Source of the DNA: Vicugna vicugna
Lineage: Eukaryota
Direction of reading: 5' to 3'
Length of the DNA stretch: 64,000 bases
NCBI GenBank assembly: GCA_013265495.1
Contig: MU058781.1
Location: forward strand, 4,713,050 to 4,777,049
Shown: piece after piece, positions 37,511-51,161 of the stretch
Layout: each line of letters starts with the position of its first letter
How positions within the stretch are numbered: the first letter of the stretch is position 1
Position numbers and translations under genes: made by a program
The notes under the pieces: model-generated
What the model saw: only the letters and a program-made list of their open reading frames with translations
Databases searched by the model: none
Told to the model about the DNA's origin: nothing

Positions 37511-40500
37511 TGGGGGACATCGAGACCAGGAAACAGCCAATAGCAGCCCAAGGTGGTGAGTACTCTGATGGGGTGGAGGGCTGGGAGCCGGGAGGATCCA
37601 GAATAACACAGGAGCATTCTGGGGGTAATGCGTGAGACCAGAAAGATAAATAGTGAAAAAGAGTTCATGGAAATGTATTAAACATAAATGATTTAAATTA
37701 ATAACTGCAAAATATACGAGGAATGGTGAACATGGCCTGCCAAGTGAAGAGAGAGGAATTAAAGACACCTCTTGCCCATTTTAGAGGTAGACGCGATGGA
37801 TTTAGCGATGTGCCTCTGCCAAGCTTTCACACTGCCTTGGGATGTTTTTCTAAAGTGAGAGGGAGCTGCCTAGGAAAGTAGGGGGCAAAACGCCTGCAGG
37901 GGCGGTGAGCACGGGGCGCAGTGTCCAGCAGGAGGCTTGCATGTGCAGTTCGCTGGCATGCAGACCGTGGGGAGAGAGCGCAGGAGGGAGAAGGGGAGGA
38001 AAAGAGCTGAAAAAGAGGTTACAAATGGTGAAGAGAAATCACGGCGTTTATTTCTAAACGACAACTCTTTATCTTCCGACCCCAGGCCTATTTGTTGACA
38101 AGCCATTCTGTCAAAACGTGCTGGTCAGGGGAAGGGAGGCCCGGTGTTCTGGGTGCATTAGGCCTTGATCTTGTCTCCGCTGGAATTCAGGAGGCTCCCC
38201 GTTAGCAATCAGCCTCCTAAGGGCAGGCGGCACCTCTGGGAACGGGGATTTGACAAGGCTTGTCAAAACTGTCAGGCAGTTGTATTCTCCTCTTTCATTC
38301 TCCTGTTCCTACCCTAGGAGGGGAGCAGCTCCGTGGGCTCTGCCAGTCCCTCCCGGACGAGAGCAAAACCCACGGTGAAAGGCGGCTCAGACAGGAGCAG
38401 GGCAGATGCAGAAACCCATCCTATAAAAAAACATCTGGGCGAATAAAACAGGTGCAGGCCCAGCACAGTGTATCTCAGGGCTGCGGGAAGAGCCTACGGG
38501 GAGCTCAATAGAGTGCAGCTCGCTCTCTCTTTCCTCTTCTCGCAGATTCCCTGTTACGAGGCAGAAGTGAATTTAAATTGCCTGAGAATCAAGTAGGTGG
38601 AATGGCCTCTCAGGCAGAGAAAAGTTATCTGAGGATAGACTCCTCCCTGAGGCTCTTACATTGTCTCCTCCAGCTCCCCGGCAGACGGAAACCAGCTGCA
38701 CGGTGGACAGTCGCACCCCACCAAGAGGTCCGGGGGCTGAGAGGCTGCAGAGGAGCCCTGGGCTGGGGGAGGCCAGGTCGGGGGAGGCTCTCTCGGCCCC
38801 CCGGGCTTCAGTAATGAAGGCCTCACTTTGTGTCCTCAGCTTCCCTTGGGAGAGCAAGGGTAGCTGGAAGCCAGAAGGTGATTTTGACTGGGCTCTCCTC
38901 CGACTCCTGTTTAGCACAAAGCCAAAAAGGAGTAGGGGGCAAACGGGAAGAGGTAGAAGAAAAGTTCAATTGTCACACGATCCGCAGGATGGGTCCTTGG
39001 CGACGTGACAACTCTGGGAAGATGAGAAAAGATCTCAGGCTGCAAACATCTTCCCATTTCCTCCTTTATACTAACCCAGGCCCTCCCGTGACACACACAC
39101 ATGCACACGCCAACCCCAGCTCATCTGTCCTGAAGATAAACATGTTTTCTTTACATCCTAAAACCCATCTTCCATTAATTCTGCTTTCCCTGGTGACTGA
39201 TTACAGAAAATTGCTGATTTCAAGAAACATGGAACCTCTCTTGCAGACAATGGCTTTCATTCTGGACATAGTTTCAGAGACTTCTGCACAGACAGGAGAG
39301 CACTTCGAGGTGATCAGAAGTGAGGAGGAAGAGGGGAGAACTGGTTCACAGAAGCATCCTCCAAGTCACACATACACACACACAGCCCATCCCAGAAATC
39401 ACACCACATGGCACAGATACATTGGGGCTTCTAATTACTTTACTGTCTAATTCATGCTAACACAGCAATTAGCGATAAAGCTCAAAACACTCATACACAT
39501 TAGCCTGATGACATTTAATTATGACATTAGACGTATTGAGATATGTAGCTTAGCAAGTAATAAGAAATCTACATGTATGGCCGATCGAAACGGCAGTGTA
39601 ATAAAAATAAAGGAAAGCCATGAAACCTTTACTTTGTCATTTTTTTTAAAAATGGTGTAATGGGTGCATTTTTATGTGCAAAATGCCATTTCCAGAGGCT
39701 GACTAGAATCTGGTCTCCTCTGTTCAGAAAACGTGGCTTGGTCTTTATTTTTGAAAAAAAAGAAAAGCAACCCAAGAAAAAAAAAAAGGTAGGGCATACC
39801 TGATGATTGCTCCAAGCCTCTGTGTATCCAGCCTCATTTTTAGTCCCTTAGACATCAGCAGAAGATGTAGGGGGAAACGTGACATTGTTTTGCTGGGATG
39901 GTCCGTGAGATGTGCTATTTGCTCGTGGTTTACATGGGGTCTGTTCTTGAGACATGATTAATAGCTCAGCAGCACTGCCAAAACGCACATAAATCTGGCC
40001 ATCCGTGGAGTAATTGACACACTGCTCGTCTCGCAAACAAATACAGCGCTCGCTTACCGCGGGCCAGTCCCCGGGTGGGCGCTCGGAAGCAGCTGATTAT
40101 GCAATGCACAGTTGCTGATGCTACAGTTCGGGGGTCTGTTCCTTATAGCACCCAATTAGCTGCCACATACAGCCCGACTCCCCTTGATCAACCTTGGCCA
40201 GGTGCTGAGGACCAGCTGAGTAAACACAGGCTACCACAGAAATTCCACCGGAGCACCCAGGCCTTAACAGAGCTGGATACCTCAACCCCCAAATTCTGAA
40301 TCAAGTTTTCCTCCGGGTTAGCTGACCAAACACCCTTGCTTCAGTTCCTCGTGGCCAGAGCTCGGCGATCTGCCACCTCCACCCAGCCACGCGTGGTAAC
40401 CACTATCACCTAGACCTCTCTTCTCCACACCCCCCCTTCCAGTTCATCATCCAATTTCACTTTCCACATTGGAACCTAGCAGCTCCACGTGGACCTGTGT

Positions 40501-41455
40501 GCATGAACTTGAAAACTTCAGCCCCATTCCCCCTCCTCCAATGTCTCCCTCTCCATGAAATTGTTTAAACAAACAAACAAACAATACTGACATAGCACAG
40601 GAGCAACTGCAGAGATTAAAGATTACATAATGAACCAGTTGCAAAGCCCTTTGAAAGCATAAACTGCTGTAGGAGTAATTATTATCATTGTTATTAATCA
40701 CCTCGGTTCATCACGTAGAGTAAACATGAGATAATAAAGAGGAGACGCTTAAATGCAGTATCAGCAGCAAGACCCATTTATTACAATGCTATTTGCTTGG
40801 ATTCCATTACAGTTATAAAATTTTACGCTCATCTAGCACTTTTCATCCAAGAACGTCAAAGTGCTGCACAAGCACCGGCTCTAATTACACTAATCCTCCC
40901 AACACTGGGTTGGAGGGGGTGGGGGGTAGTGCTGGTGAACAGCACAGAAAGGCCCCTTCCACTTGTGGAACTCGCCATCTGAGCAGATCCCCGTCCAGGA
41001 CTGGGGAGGTCTCCCTGCTGAAGGCTGCATCTAGAAACTTCCAAAATCTGAAAAAGTTTTTAGGTGATTCATATCATTTTTTTTTAAAGCACAAATAATT
41101 AATATCAGATAGACACACAGGCAGATGTTTGAATAGTTTCCTTCAGTGAAGGGAAGACATAGTCAACGTCTTGCAAATAACCCGCAAGCTTTGATCTCTC
41201 CTTCTGGGCCTATGATCTGTATGTCCGCCATCAGAGTCTGAAAGAAAATCTTCCATGTCTTACTGATTGTAACATGGCCAGCCTGGAAGTCTTCATACAG
41301 GGATGACAAGTAATGATAGTGAATGATTGTCTACATTGAGAAACACGATGACAACAATGTATATTGTCAACATCTTGTCACTCTGCCAGTGTAATACTCA
41401 TTTGGGGGAAAAAACAATTTTGGATAATTCTAATACAATATTTACAGTTTACAAT

Positions 41456-41591
41456 ATTTTTTTTTTTTGGTGGGGGGAGGTAATTCAGTTTATTTATTTA
41501 CTTTTTCTTAGAGGCGGTACTGGGGCTTGATCCCAGGACTTCATTGCATGCTAGGCATACGCTCTACCACTTGAGCTATACCCTCTTCCCT
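41456..41591 (-). mobile_element. tRNA-Ala-derived SINE (vic-1-like)
   Basis: 'ggggggaggtaatt...gcggtactggggcttgatcccaggac...catgctaggcatacgctctaccacttgagctataccc'. Confidence 0.88.
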
Positions 41592-42965
41592 AAAATTTCT
41601 AATACTTGGTCGTAGGTTTTGGTTTAAGTAAATGCATAGTTCCTGCTGTAGTAATAACCCTGCCCTGCCACTAATGAGAGTAGAACAAATGACTTACACT
41701 CTCGGGAATTTTCATCCTTACACTTTTAAAAGTGTGTTGCTGACTCCAAAAAGCAAGCCCAGAATGTGTGCAAGGTGACCGGCTGAGGTCCAGAAAGGAA
41801 ATAGTGGGGCTTCTATTTGATTCACTTGATTCTATTTTACTTTATAAAACTTATGAAATAAATTTTACTGATGTGTTATTCCACTTGAGAGTAGAACACA
41901 TAGACGTACAAATATGGAGAACATTTGCCCAAATATTTGAGGAGTTCGAAAAACAAAGGGACAGACATACACCGTGAAAGAGGGGTGACTCAGGTCCGGC
42001 TCCACTTCCCTGTCCATGTTAGAAATGTGCAGGGAGAGTGGGCCACGTGCAGTCATCGAACAGGACGTGGCTGACGTCCCTGGAACCAAAGAGAAGTTGT
42101 CACGCTGAGGTGCCGTGTCAGTCCTCACCCACAACAAGCAGAAATGACTGGTTCCCCACACAGTTCTGAGCACATGCAACTGTGAACAAAACAGGCTGTG
42201 AAGCATCTACAGAAACCAAAAAATCTGAGCCCAAAGTAACACAACTTTATGTAAAAATTAATTAATTGATTGCTTGATTTAAAAAATGAAATATTAAATT
42301 CCTTTGGATGAAGTGCCCCCTAAAAAGATCTTACTGCAGTCCTAGATTTGGAGCCCCAGCCTCGTGTCCCAGCCCCACACCCACGGGCAAGGCCTCCACC
42401 TTCCAGGTGTGTCTCCTAAGCCCTGCTCCACAGCAGGGTAGAGTCCAGGTCAGAGTCGAGGCCAGGGTCTGACTCTAAGAGGATAAAATCCCTCTTATGT
42501 GCCCCTCACCCCCCACCGCAATCCAGTGTCTTGCAATCACTTTTATAGACAGAATTTCCACAGTCACCAAAGTTGGGGACGGCCGAAGGCAAACAGAGGA
42601 AGGATCTAAGAGGAGTCACACTGCAGAGAGGACAGCGGGAGCCCAGGGGGACGTGGAAGAAGGCCGCTGTCCCGCAAACTGGGCCAGCAGTGGGCCTGAG
42701 GGGTGGATGAGGGCAGTGTTTCCAAGCCCTTATTGGAAGCCACTCAACGCCACCCTTTGGCCATTTATAAACACCCCAGCACAGCCCTGCTGGATAGAAA
42801 TATAATGTATGCCATATATGAAATGTAAACCCTTCTACATTATTCACAATAGCCAAAAGGTAGAAACAACCCAATGGCCATGGAAAAACAAAAGACAGTA
42901 CACGTAGGTACACACACACACACACACAGAATATTATTTAGCCTTAAAAAGAAGAAAATTCTGAT

Positions 42966-43100
42966 GGGTGTGGGGGCAGGAGGGTATGGCTCAGGGGCAG
43001 AGCGCATGCTTAGGTCCTGGGTTCAATCCCCAGTACCTCCATTAAACAAATAAATAAAGCTAGTTAACCTCCTCCCACCAAAAAGAAAAAAAGAAAAAGG
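42966..43100 (+). mobile_element. tRNA-Ala-derived SINE (vic-1-like) after a short L1 fragment
   Basis: 'gagggtatggctcaggggcagagcgcatgcttaggtcctgggttcaatccccagtacctcca', lacking ~10 nt of the anticodon arm. An L1 remnant lies at ~42835-42965. Confidence 0.88.
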
Positions 43101-43199
43101 GAAGATCACTTCTGTGTTGGGAGGACAGAAAGAATCACCGCAAAGCTGGAAATGTAGGAGAAAGTGTTCAAGGAAATAGAGCAGGAAGAGAACCTCTGT

Positions 43200-43440
43200 T
43201 CCTGTCGCACACGTTTATACCACGTGCCAAGCATTACTCTGAGTGGTGGACCTGTGCGTACTCACTGAACCCTCCCAGCAACTCCGTGAGGTAGAGGTAC
43301 GAGTGTTAGTATCCCCATTTCACAGGTGAGGAAACGCGCAAGGAGCGTGTCCTGCCCAAGGTCGCGCAGCTGGCAGGTGGCAGGTGGCAGAGCTGGGACT
43401 GGAACCCAGGCAGCGACCTCGGGGCCGGTGCCTTAACCCC
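43200..43440 (-). mobile_element. MIR SINE, unusually CpG-rich
   Basis: 'atccccatttcacaggtgaggaaac...ctgcccaaggtcgcgcagct...ggcagagctgggactggaacccaggcag'. Confidence 0.85.
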
Positions 43441-43890
43441 TCTGCCTCCCACCTTCCCGGGAACGCGCCTTCTTCTCCGCGCACATCCGAAGGCTGCGGA
43501 CCGGGGAGCCTGGCAATGGCCTCGGGGAACCGCAAGGTGGTGCCTCCCAGCCCGCTGCGGGCGACGCGGCAACCTTGAGCATGAGCAGAGTCCACGGGAA
43601 GAGAAAGGAGGCAAGGAGCCGCGAGCCGCACGCAGGAATCCGGGCACAGGTGGAACACAGGGACCCTGGGCGGCGGCCACACGGAGGGAACGCTGGATGG
43701 AGTCCAGGAGGACCAGCCCGAGGTGGCGTGCGTGCTCTCCGGCCGCGGCATGGCCCCTAGCACCGGCCGCGAGGCAGTGATGCCCGGAAAGCGGGCACCA
43801 GCAGAGATTACAGGTGAGCACCACCCCCATCCCAGCAGGATGGAGAACGCCCCGAGAGCAATGGCTGGGAGGTGAGCGAGGGCACCTGGG
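43330..43890. promoter_or_regulatory. CpG-island-like region, candidate promoter
   Basis: Visibly high GC and CpG density over ~550 bp, followed by two plus-strand AG|GTGAG donor-like sites (~43813 and ~43872). Confidence 0.55.
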
Positions 43891-46869
43891 GCAGCTGCAC
43901 AGTTAACTCTCTACCCTCAAACCAGTGAGACCTAACTCAGGTCACCAACTCTGCCTTAGGTTACATGTGAGAGTCAGATACTTAAAAGCCTTCTCTGGTT
44001 CTAGCCTCTTTTGAGATTAGAAGTATTTCTCCTAAAGAAACCGGACAGCTGGACAGTGAAATCCACGGCCTGTCGGAAAAAAAAAACCAGTAGAAGGAAT
44101 TTGGCCTGTGGAGTAAGTTGAGCGGTGTTTCTATCTCCCTCCGCGCTCTGCTCCAAAGTGCGGTAAATCAAAGAAAATAAGACTCGAGTGAAAAAAAAAA
44201 TGTTTATTTCAAGACGTGGTGACTCCTCAGGCAGAGAACTTAAGTCACCAAGTTTCGGTATTCTGGATGATGGAAATCAGGTCAGTCGGGGCTAATGAAC
44301 AGCACGAGAATAAACAGCTTAATTTATCCTTCAAAGAGCGAGAAACCAGCCTAGCTCGGTAGAGAATCTGTATCACATGGGTGAAATTTCGCTTCTGATT
44401 ATCACGTTAGTACCACGCAGACCCCCAGCCTCCCACAGAGCCGGCATATCAGAGGTGAGCCGTTGCCTGTTCCATCCCAATTGTCAACCACTCTTATCAT
44501 CCCAGAGCCCACGCTGAGCCACTGCTGAGCTTGACAGGCAATAACAATAACAACAACAAAAAGCCCTGCCTGGAAAATTATTGTTGTTATACACAATGCA
44601 CATCCGTTTGGTCGACAGTTTCCAAAACATCCAGCAACCCACAAACAGTCTCACCCAGTCAGCGGCAAGTGTGCCCTAAGGGCACACAATCCTTCTCCGG
44701 GCCACTGTGGTCTTACACAAACATCATAATTAGTAGCATGCTTGCTTCTATTAGCATCAGCAAAGAAGAATAAGAATGGCAGAAAAAAAAAGAAAGAAAA
44801 AAAAAGAGTTCCAAGGAGAGAAATCAAAGTGGATGTATTTTCAAATCCATTTTTATTATACAAATAAAACACACAATTATGGGAAATTTAGAAAAGGCAG
44901 ATAAGAGGAAGGGGGAGAATTTGTGACCTGGTCCAGAAACGAATTTGTATTTCTGCATGATTTATTTCAAAAGATAGGTTGGCAAGATACAGCTTCCTGA
45001 CAAGCACCTCAGAGTTCACTAGTGCAGAGAGCAAACTCATCAGTCGAAAGCCTCTCACCAGGACCTTGACCAAGAGCAAGGGTGTCTCGTGTGTTGGACT
45101 CACTGGAGGTTTCCTGGCGGCTGGATCCAAATGGGTATAATAGGAGGTTTGCTTAGAGAACTCACTCTCATGGTCTTAATTCCAGACTCTCAGAGCAAAG
45201 AGAGTTAGGAAAAGCAAAAAGAGGCAGTTAAAGCAAGAACATTTGGAATTTTAGTATCTGATGGGCCACTAAAAAAGCCAGGGTCCTTTGCTCTTTTCCA
45301 GTGGCCCCTACTCTATAGGCAAAGGGGATAATTGCAAGGAGGTTGCAAGTAGTTTGCAACACCAAGTAGTTTCCAGCAATAAGATAATTAAAAGTATAAT
45401 GACTATCACGCAAGGCTCATTAAATTCTTTGATATTAACAAGAGGTCCTCACCCTCATAAAGTTTGAGGGCCATTACCCTAGTTTGTCTTTGACTCCTAA
45501 GATTTTAGTTCCTAAGTTATTTCCCATCTAGGTCCTAAATATCCTCAAGCGGAGGGTGTGCCCAGAGCCTCCTCTGCCTCTGTGGCCCCAGACACCTCAC
45601 CTCTTAGTTCAGGTCTTAGCTTCAGTTTCTCCTTCACACTGTCATTGTCCTATTGGTGGCAATAAGTGACACAAATGGAATTTCTAGCCCTCGAAGATAA
45701 TTTTGGGAGTAGTGAGATAATATGTGTCAACTCCCTAGAGACGTCCATTTCAAAAAAGGATGTAACTGTAATGATGTCAAGTTTTCTCGAGAGCTCGAAT
45801 TGTGACCCCTACCTCACCACTTGCTAAATCTGTATCCAAACTGATTCTCAATCACAGAAAATCTATTACAAGTCTGCCAAATGGATAATTTCTCACTTGG
45901 AATTATGCACTCAAGATTCATGTTTTCTATTTCCACTGTCTGCCATCAGAGTCTTACCTATTTATCCAAACAGGTTCTCAAGTTGCAAAATGGATTAAAA
46001 ATTCACTCCATTGAGAGTGTTTGCAATTGTGTTTAGGGATGCTATAAATTAAAAACTTTGTTCAAATTATAAAGTAACATCACATAATTAATATTGACCT
46101 TTAAAGATAGTATAAAATAAATATTTAAAAAATACTAAAAAAATTTATTACATTATTTTTCATCCTATAAAAGCTAAGCATGTCAACCTTAATCCGGGAA
46201 ATTTCTGGCCAAATATTATGTAGTACTTTGTTTCCAATAGGACTCCGACCAACAGAAAATTATGGAAAAGAATAGGGTTTGGTATCAGAGACCTGGGTTT
46301 AAATCTCAGCTATGTCACTTGCAGATCTCAGTGTTGAGTTAATTTTCTCATTAACTCATTTCTCATTAAAATAATAACAATAAATTTATAACATTAATAA
46401 GTAATAAATTTATAAATATACAAAATTAATAAAATAAAAATAATTATTTCTAAATAATAATATTCACAAGTTTACACAAAAGGATTGAATGTAATAATGT
46501 ACATGGAAGCAAAATTGCCATGGAAACATTAGCTGTTATATTGTTATACAACCTGTTATTCTTCCAGTCCAGCTAGCTAGTTAATAACCACAACTAGTCT
46601 TAACTAGAGTGAGATGTGGGCAGCAGGGTATAATCACCCTCCAGCCCTACCAGAAATGTCTGTCAGCCTCTGCATCTCTCTTACCATCTAACAACCCCCA
46701 CTGAGAGAAATAAACAGTATTTTATTTCTACCTCCTACCAAAAGACAGCCTAAGTCCTCACCATAGTAAGTCTGTTAATACTGGCTTAGTGGTTGACACT
46801 TCCTAAAATATTTTTTCATGAAAACCCAACATCAGAATCCTAGGATAGACTCAAAAATAGCTCTCTGTT

Positions 46870-48463
46870 GAACTAGAACAAATCATAATAAAATTTATAT
46901 GGAACTATCAAAGACCTAGAATCGCCAAAGCATTACTGAAGAGAAAGAAAGAGGCTGGAGGAATAACTCTCCCAGACTTCAGACAATACTATAGAGCTAC
47001 AGTCATCAAGACAGCATGATATTGGTACAAAAATAGACATATAGACCAATGGAACAGAATAGAGAGCCCAGAAATGAACCCACAAACTTTTGTTCAACTA
47101 ATCTGCGACAAAGGAGGCAAGAATATACAATGGAATAAAGACAGTCTCTTCAGCGAATGGTGTTGGGAAAACTGGACAGCAGCATGTAAAACAATGAAGC
47201 TAGAACATTCCCTTACACCATACACAAAAATAAACTCAAAATGGATCAAAGACTTAAACGTAAGACAAGATGCAATAAACCTCCTAGAGGAAAATATAGG
47301 CAAAATATTATCTGACATACAGCTCAAAAATTTTCTCCTAGAAAAAATAAAAGCAAGAGTAAACAAATGGGACCTAATGAAACTTACAAGCTTCTGCACA
47401 GCAAAGGAAACCATAAGTAAAACAAAAAGACAACCTATGGAATGGGAGAAAATCTTTGCAAATGAAACCGACAAAGGCTTGATCTCCAGAATATACAAGC
47501 AGCTTGTACAACTTAATAAGAAACAACCAAACAACCTAATCGAAAGCTGGGCAAAAGACCTGAACAAGCAATTCTCCAAGGAAGAGATACAAATGATCAA
47601 TAAGCACATGAAAAAATGCTCAATATCACTAATTATCAGAGAAATGCAAATCAAAACTACAATGAGGTATCACCTCACACCAGTCAGAATGGCCATCATT
47701 CAAAAATCCACAAATGACAAATGCTGGAGAGGCTGTGGAGAAAGGGGAACCCTCCTACACTGCTGGTGGGAATGCAGTTTGGTGCAGCCACTGTGGAAAA
47801 CAGTGTAGAGATTCCTCAAAAGACTAGGAATAGACTTACCGTATGACCCAGGAATCCCACTCCTGGGCTTATATCCAGAAGGAACCCTACTTCAGGATGA
47901 CACCTGCACCCCAATGTTCATAGCAGCACTATTTACAATAGCCAAGACATGGAGACAGCCTAAATGTCCATCAACAGATGACTGGATAAAGAAGATGTGG
48001 TCTATTTATACAGTGGAATACTATTCAGCCATTAAAAAGACAACATAATGCCATTTGCAGCAACATGGATGCTCCTGGAGAATGTCATTCTAAGTGAAGT
48101 TAGCCAGAAAGAGAAAGAAAAATACCATATGAGATCACTCATATGTGGAATCTAAAAAACAAAAGCAAAAAAACAAAGCATAAATACAAAACAGAAATAG
48201 ACTCATAGACATAGAATACAAACTTGTGGTTGCCAAGGGGGCGGAGGGTGGGAAGGGATAGATGGGATTTCAAAATTGTAGAATAGATAAACAAGATTAT
48301 CCTGTATAGCACAGGGAAATATACACAAGATCTTATGGTGGCTCACAGAGAAAAAAATGTGACAATGAATATATATATGTTCATGTATAACTGAAAATTG
48401 TGCTCTACACTGGAATTTGACACAACATTGTAAAATGATTATAAATCAATAAAAATGTTAAAA
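46870..48463 (+). mobile_element. Young 5'-truncated L1 (ORF2 C-terminus plus 3'UTR)
   Basis: A 244-aa open stretch (47074-47808) of L1 ORF2p includes the Cys-rich motif [18 protein letters not shown] and is bounded by premature Trp-to-stop changes. AATAAA and an A tail follow. Perfect 17-bp TSD aaaaatagctctctgtt at 46853-46869 and 48464-48480. Confidence 0.97.
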
Positions 48464-49029
48464 AAAAATAGCTCTCTGTTTAGAAGTCTTTGTGAGAATT
48501 GTCATTTTATGTCTTGAAAATTAAGGACATAAAATAGCACACGCATGTAGTGATCATTTCGGAATGTATAAAAATGTCAAATCACTATGTTGTACACCTG
48601 AAACTAATACAATATTGTGAGTCGATTATACTTAAACTTAAAAAATTTTAAAAAAAAATTTTTTAAAGAGCGCATTTGTTGCAGCAAAAGTTCTCTTTCT
48701 TCCCTCCCTGTTAGCATTTGTCATATCACCGGCACCATCTTGGCCCTAGCTGTAATGACAAGAGTTGCATGCATGACCTTTTACCTGCCTGATTGGAGCT
48801 GAGTTAATTCCTGGGTGCTTTTCAGATCTGTGAGGGAGGAAAAATTGTTTCTAGGTAACATTTTTTTTTTAATCAACACTAAACTCTGGATTTTAGAAAA
48901 CAAAAGAGACTCCAGGGTCAAACATCTTCCCTCCACATATGTTATCACCATCTGAGTTACAACCAAATTGAGCTGTTGGAGGTTAATGTAGAACCACTCA
49001 TCTATTTGAGTTTTCATCTACAAAGAGAT

Positions 49030-49535
49030 TCTAATTTAATGTTTTCCTATACAGCTTTTTTCAAGTAGGGTTTTGGGTACGAAAGAAATGTGATTATTAT
49101 AAACATTCAAAAATAAGAGAACTTCACTCATAATCCCACCAAAGATAACCATTAACATTTTGCCACATAATTTATGGTCTTTTTTTCTGTGTGTGAATAT
49201 ACATTCCTTAATGACAATACAATCACATGCATATAGTTTTTTAATCATTTTCTTCTTACTGCCAACATTGTTGCATGTCACACAATGTTCTTCAGCGCTA
49301 CTTTAAATCATAGTATGGTATCCCACGATGCAGTTACCATGTGTTATTTAACCAACCCTCTATTGCTGGGCATTTAAGCAGTCTGCAAATTTCATTATTA
49401 TAAACAAAGCTGAGCTAGACATCCTTGCAGCTAAAGCTGTAGGCATATCCACAACTTTTTTTTTTAGGATAAATTCTATAGGCAAAATTACTGAGTCGAT
49501 GGGTACGCCAAAGTTTAAGGCTTTGACATGTGTCT
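49030..49535 (-). mobile_element. Very old L1 fragment (L1ME-like)
   Basis: Contains 'cataatcccaccaaagataaccattaacatttt', 'tttaaccaaccctctattgctgggcatttaag' and 'ttaggataaattcta'. Confidence 0.7.
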
Positions 49536-51003
49536 GTGTATTTTTTTTTCCTCAAAGCAAGATACTACAGTCTTTAAATAGGCTCAGAGATGTAAGAGTT
49601 ACAGTGGCCTGTTATTCATAGAAACTAATTACTGACTTAGTCCTACTTCACCTCTCACTGATGGACAGATTGGAAGCACTGAGGAGGAAAATGTGTCATT
49701 TGACCCAACAATTATTTATTAATTTCTCAAGAACCTATTGTGTCTGGCACATAGCAGCTCCTTCATCAATGGTTTTTAAGTGAACCCCAAGTTTGCTCTC
49801 ATGAGGCCATGTGCCCCATTCTTTCTTTAAAGGAGCTTGTACAAGGTCTCTTAGCATCCTCTGTATGAGAAGAAATACAGTTTCCTTTGGCCAAGTTGTC
49901 CTCTGAACCATCCACGTACACACAAAACCAAAGTAAACATCTAAATATAGTCCAAGTAAGTTTCCCATCCAATGTCTTACACACAGTTCTTAATACCACC
50001 ACCAGAGACTGTCCTCTACATGCTTATATATAGGAATAATGGAGCAATAGCCCTTATATAAATTCTCTTAAACCATATGTTAAATTATTCTCACCTTTCT
50101 TGATGAAATCCAACTGCGAAAAATAAAATAGACTATTAAAAATAAGAAGTATTTTGGCCAGTGTTTTAGAATCATTTTTAATATAAGTGCCCCGTTTGTC
50201 CCCCAGATATACATGGAACCGCACCACACCTCTACCACCCTCAGATTGCTATCCTAACATCCCTTTCCTGCTATTTCCAAGAAGTCAGAGGGAAAAGGTC
50301 AGTAACAAAAAGAAAAAAAAATCAGGAAGATAATTCAAGATTTAGGAAATTTTGACATCTTTTTCACGACCATCAGAAAATGATTTTCAGAAATAAGTAC
50401 CACCCTGGCCATCCCTTGATAGTTTGGCAGACATGGTTCTTTCCTCAAAAGCATAATTTAACACAGAAAACATTGTCAGGGGCTGTCAGAACAAGTTACT
50501 ACTGACTGGCCGTTGAATGGGACACAGATTCCAAAAATCAGTCATTGCTCTGCAGTTACCACCACTAGCGCTCGAATTTGGGTAAATCACCCACTTAGCA
50601 GTATCTGGGTCATTGCAAAACTCGGGCTTAGAAAGAGAACTGGGTAGCCTTGTGCAGCCTGAGATTCATGTAGGACCACAGGGACCACACCCTTATGACT
50701 GGGCACCATGTTCTCAACCCAGTAAGGTGCTGAGAAAGCTTGAAGAGTTCAGCTCTGAGTGCCTGGAGGGAAGAAAGCAGGTCTTACTTATCTTTGCAAA
50801 CACTGTCCCTAGCACAGGGCCTAACACTGTGGATGAATGAAATAAAACACTGTCAAAAGTTGCACCCTCTGGAGGGTAAGTTTTCCAACATTGAAAGATG
50901 TATTAGGGCAGCAACAGTGACAACAATTATTCCCCAAGACCGGAAGTTGACTCTTTCGAGCACTAGAGGTAGCCCAGGGAAAACACTGGTGCATTAAAGC
51001 ACC

Positions 51004-51161
51004 TTTTTTTAATTTCTATTTATTATTACATTATTGTTTCTTGGCAGAGTTGGGGGAGGTAATTAGGTTTATTTATTTTAAGTGGAGGCACTGGGGATTG
51101 AACCCAAGACCTTGTGCATGCTAAAGCATGCTCTCTGCTGCTTGAGCTGTACCCTCCCCCC
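51004..51161 (-). mobile_element. tRNA-Ala-derived SINE (vic-1-like)
   Basis: 'ggaggcactggggattgaacccaagaccttgtgcatgcta' with a TSD-like aagca(c/t)ctttttt. Confidence 0.9.

Noticed and set aside
38830..39450. 206-aa ORF
   Set aside because: Non-ATG start, no recognisable domain, and it runs through CA-rich simple sequence.
43306..43830. Overlapping 147-174 aa ORFs
   Set aside because: Stop-poor GC-rich DNA, partly MIR-derived, with no recognisable protein.
46350..46470. Extreme AT-rich tract as a special element
   Set aside because: Appears to be low-complexity expansion within a MIR.
47094..47654. 186-aa hydrophobic antisense ORF
   Set aside because: It is the usual antisense shadow of A-rich L1 ORF2.
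47074..47808. 244-aa ORF as a cellular gene
   Set aside because: It is an L1 ORF2p C-terminal remnant in a 5'-truncated copy with premature stops.
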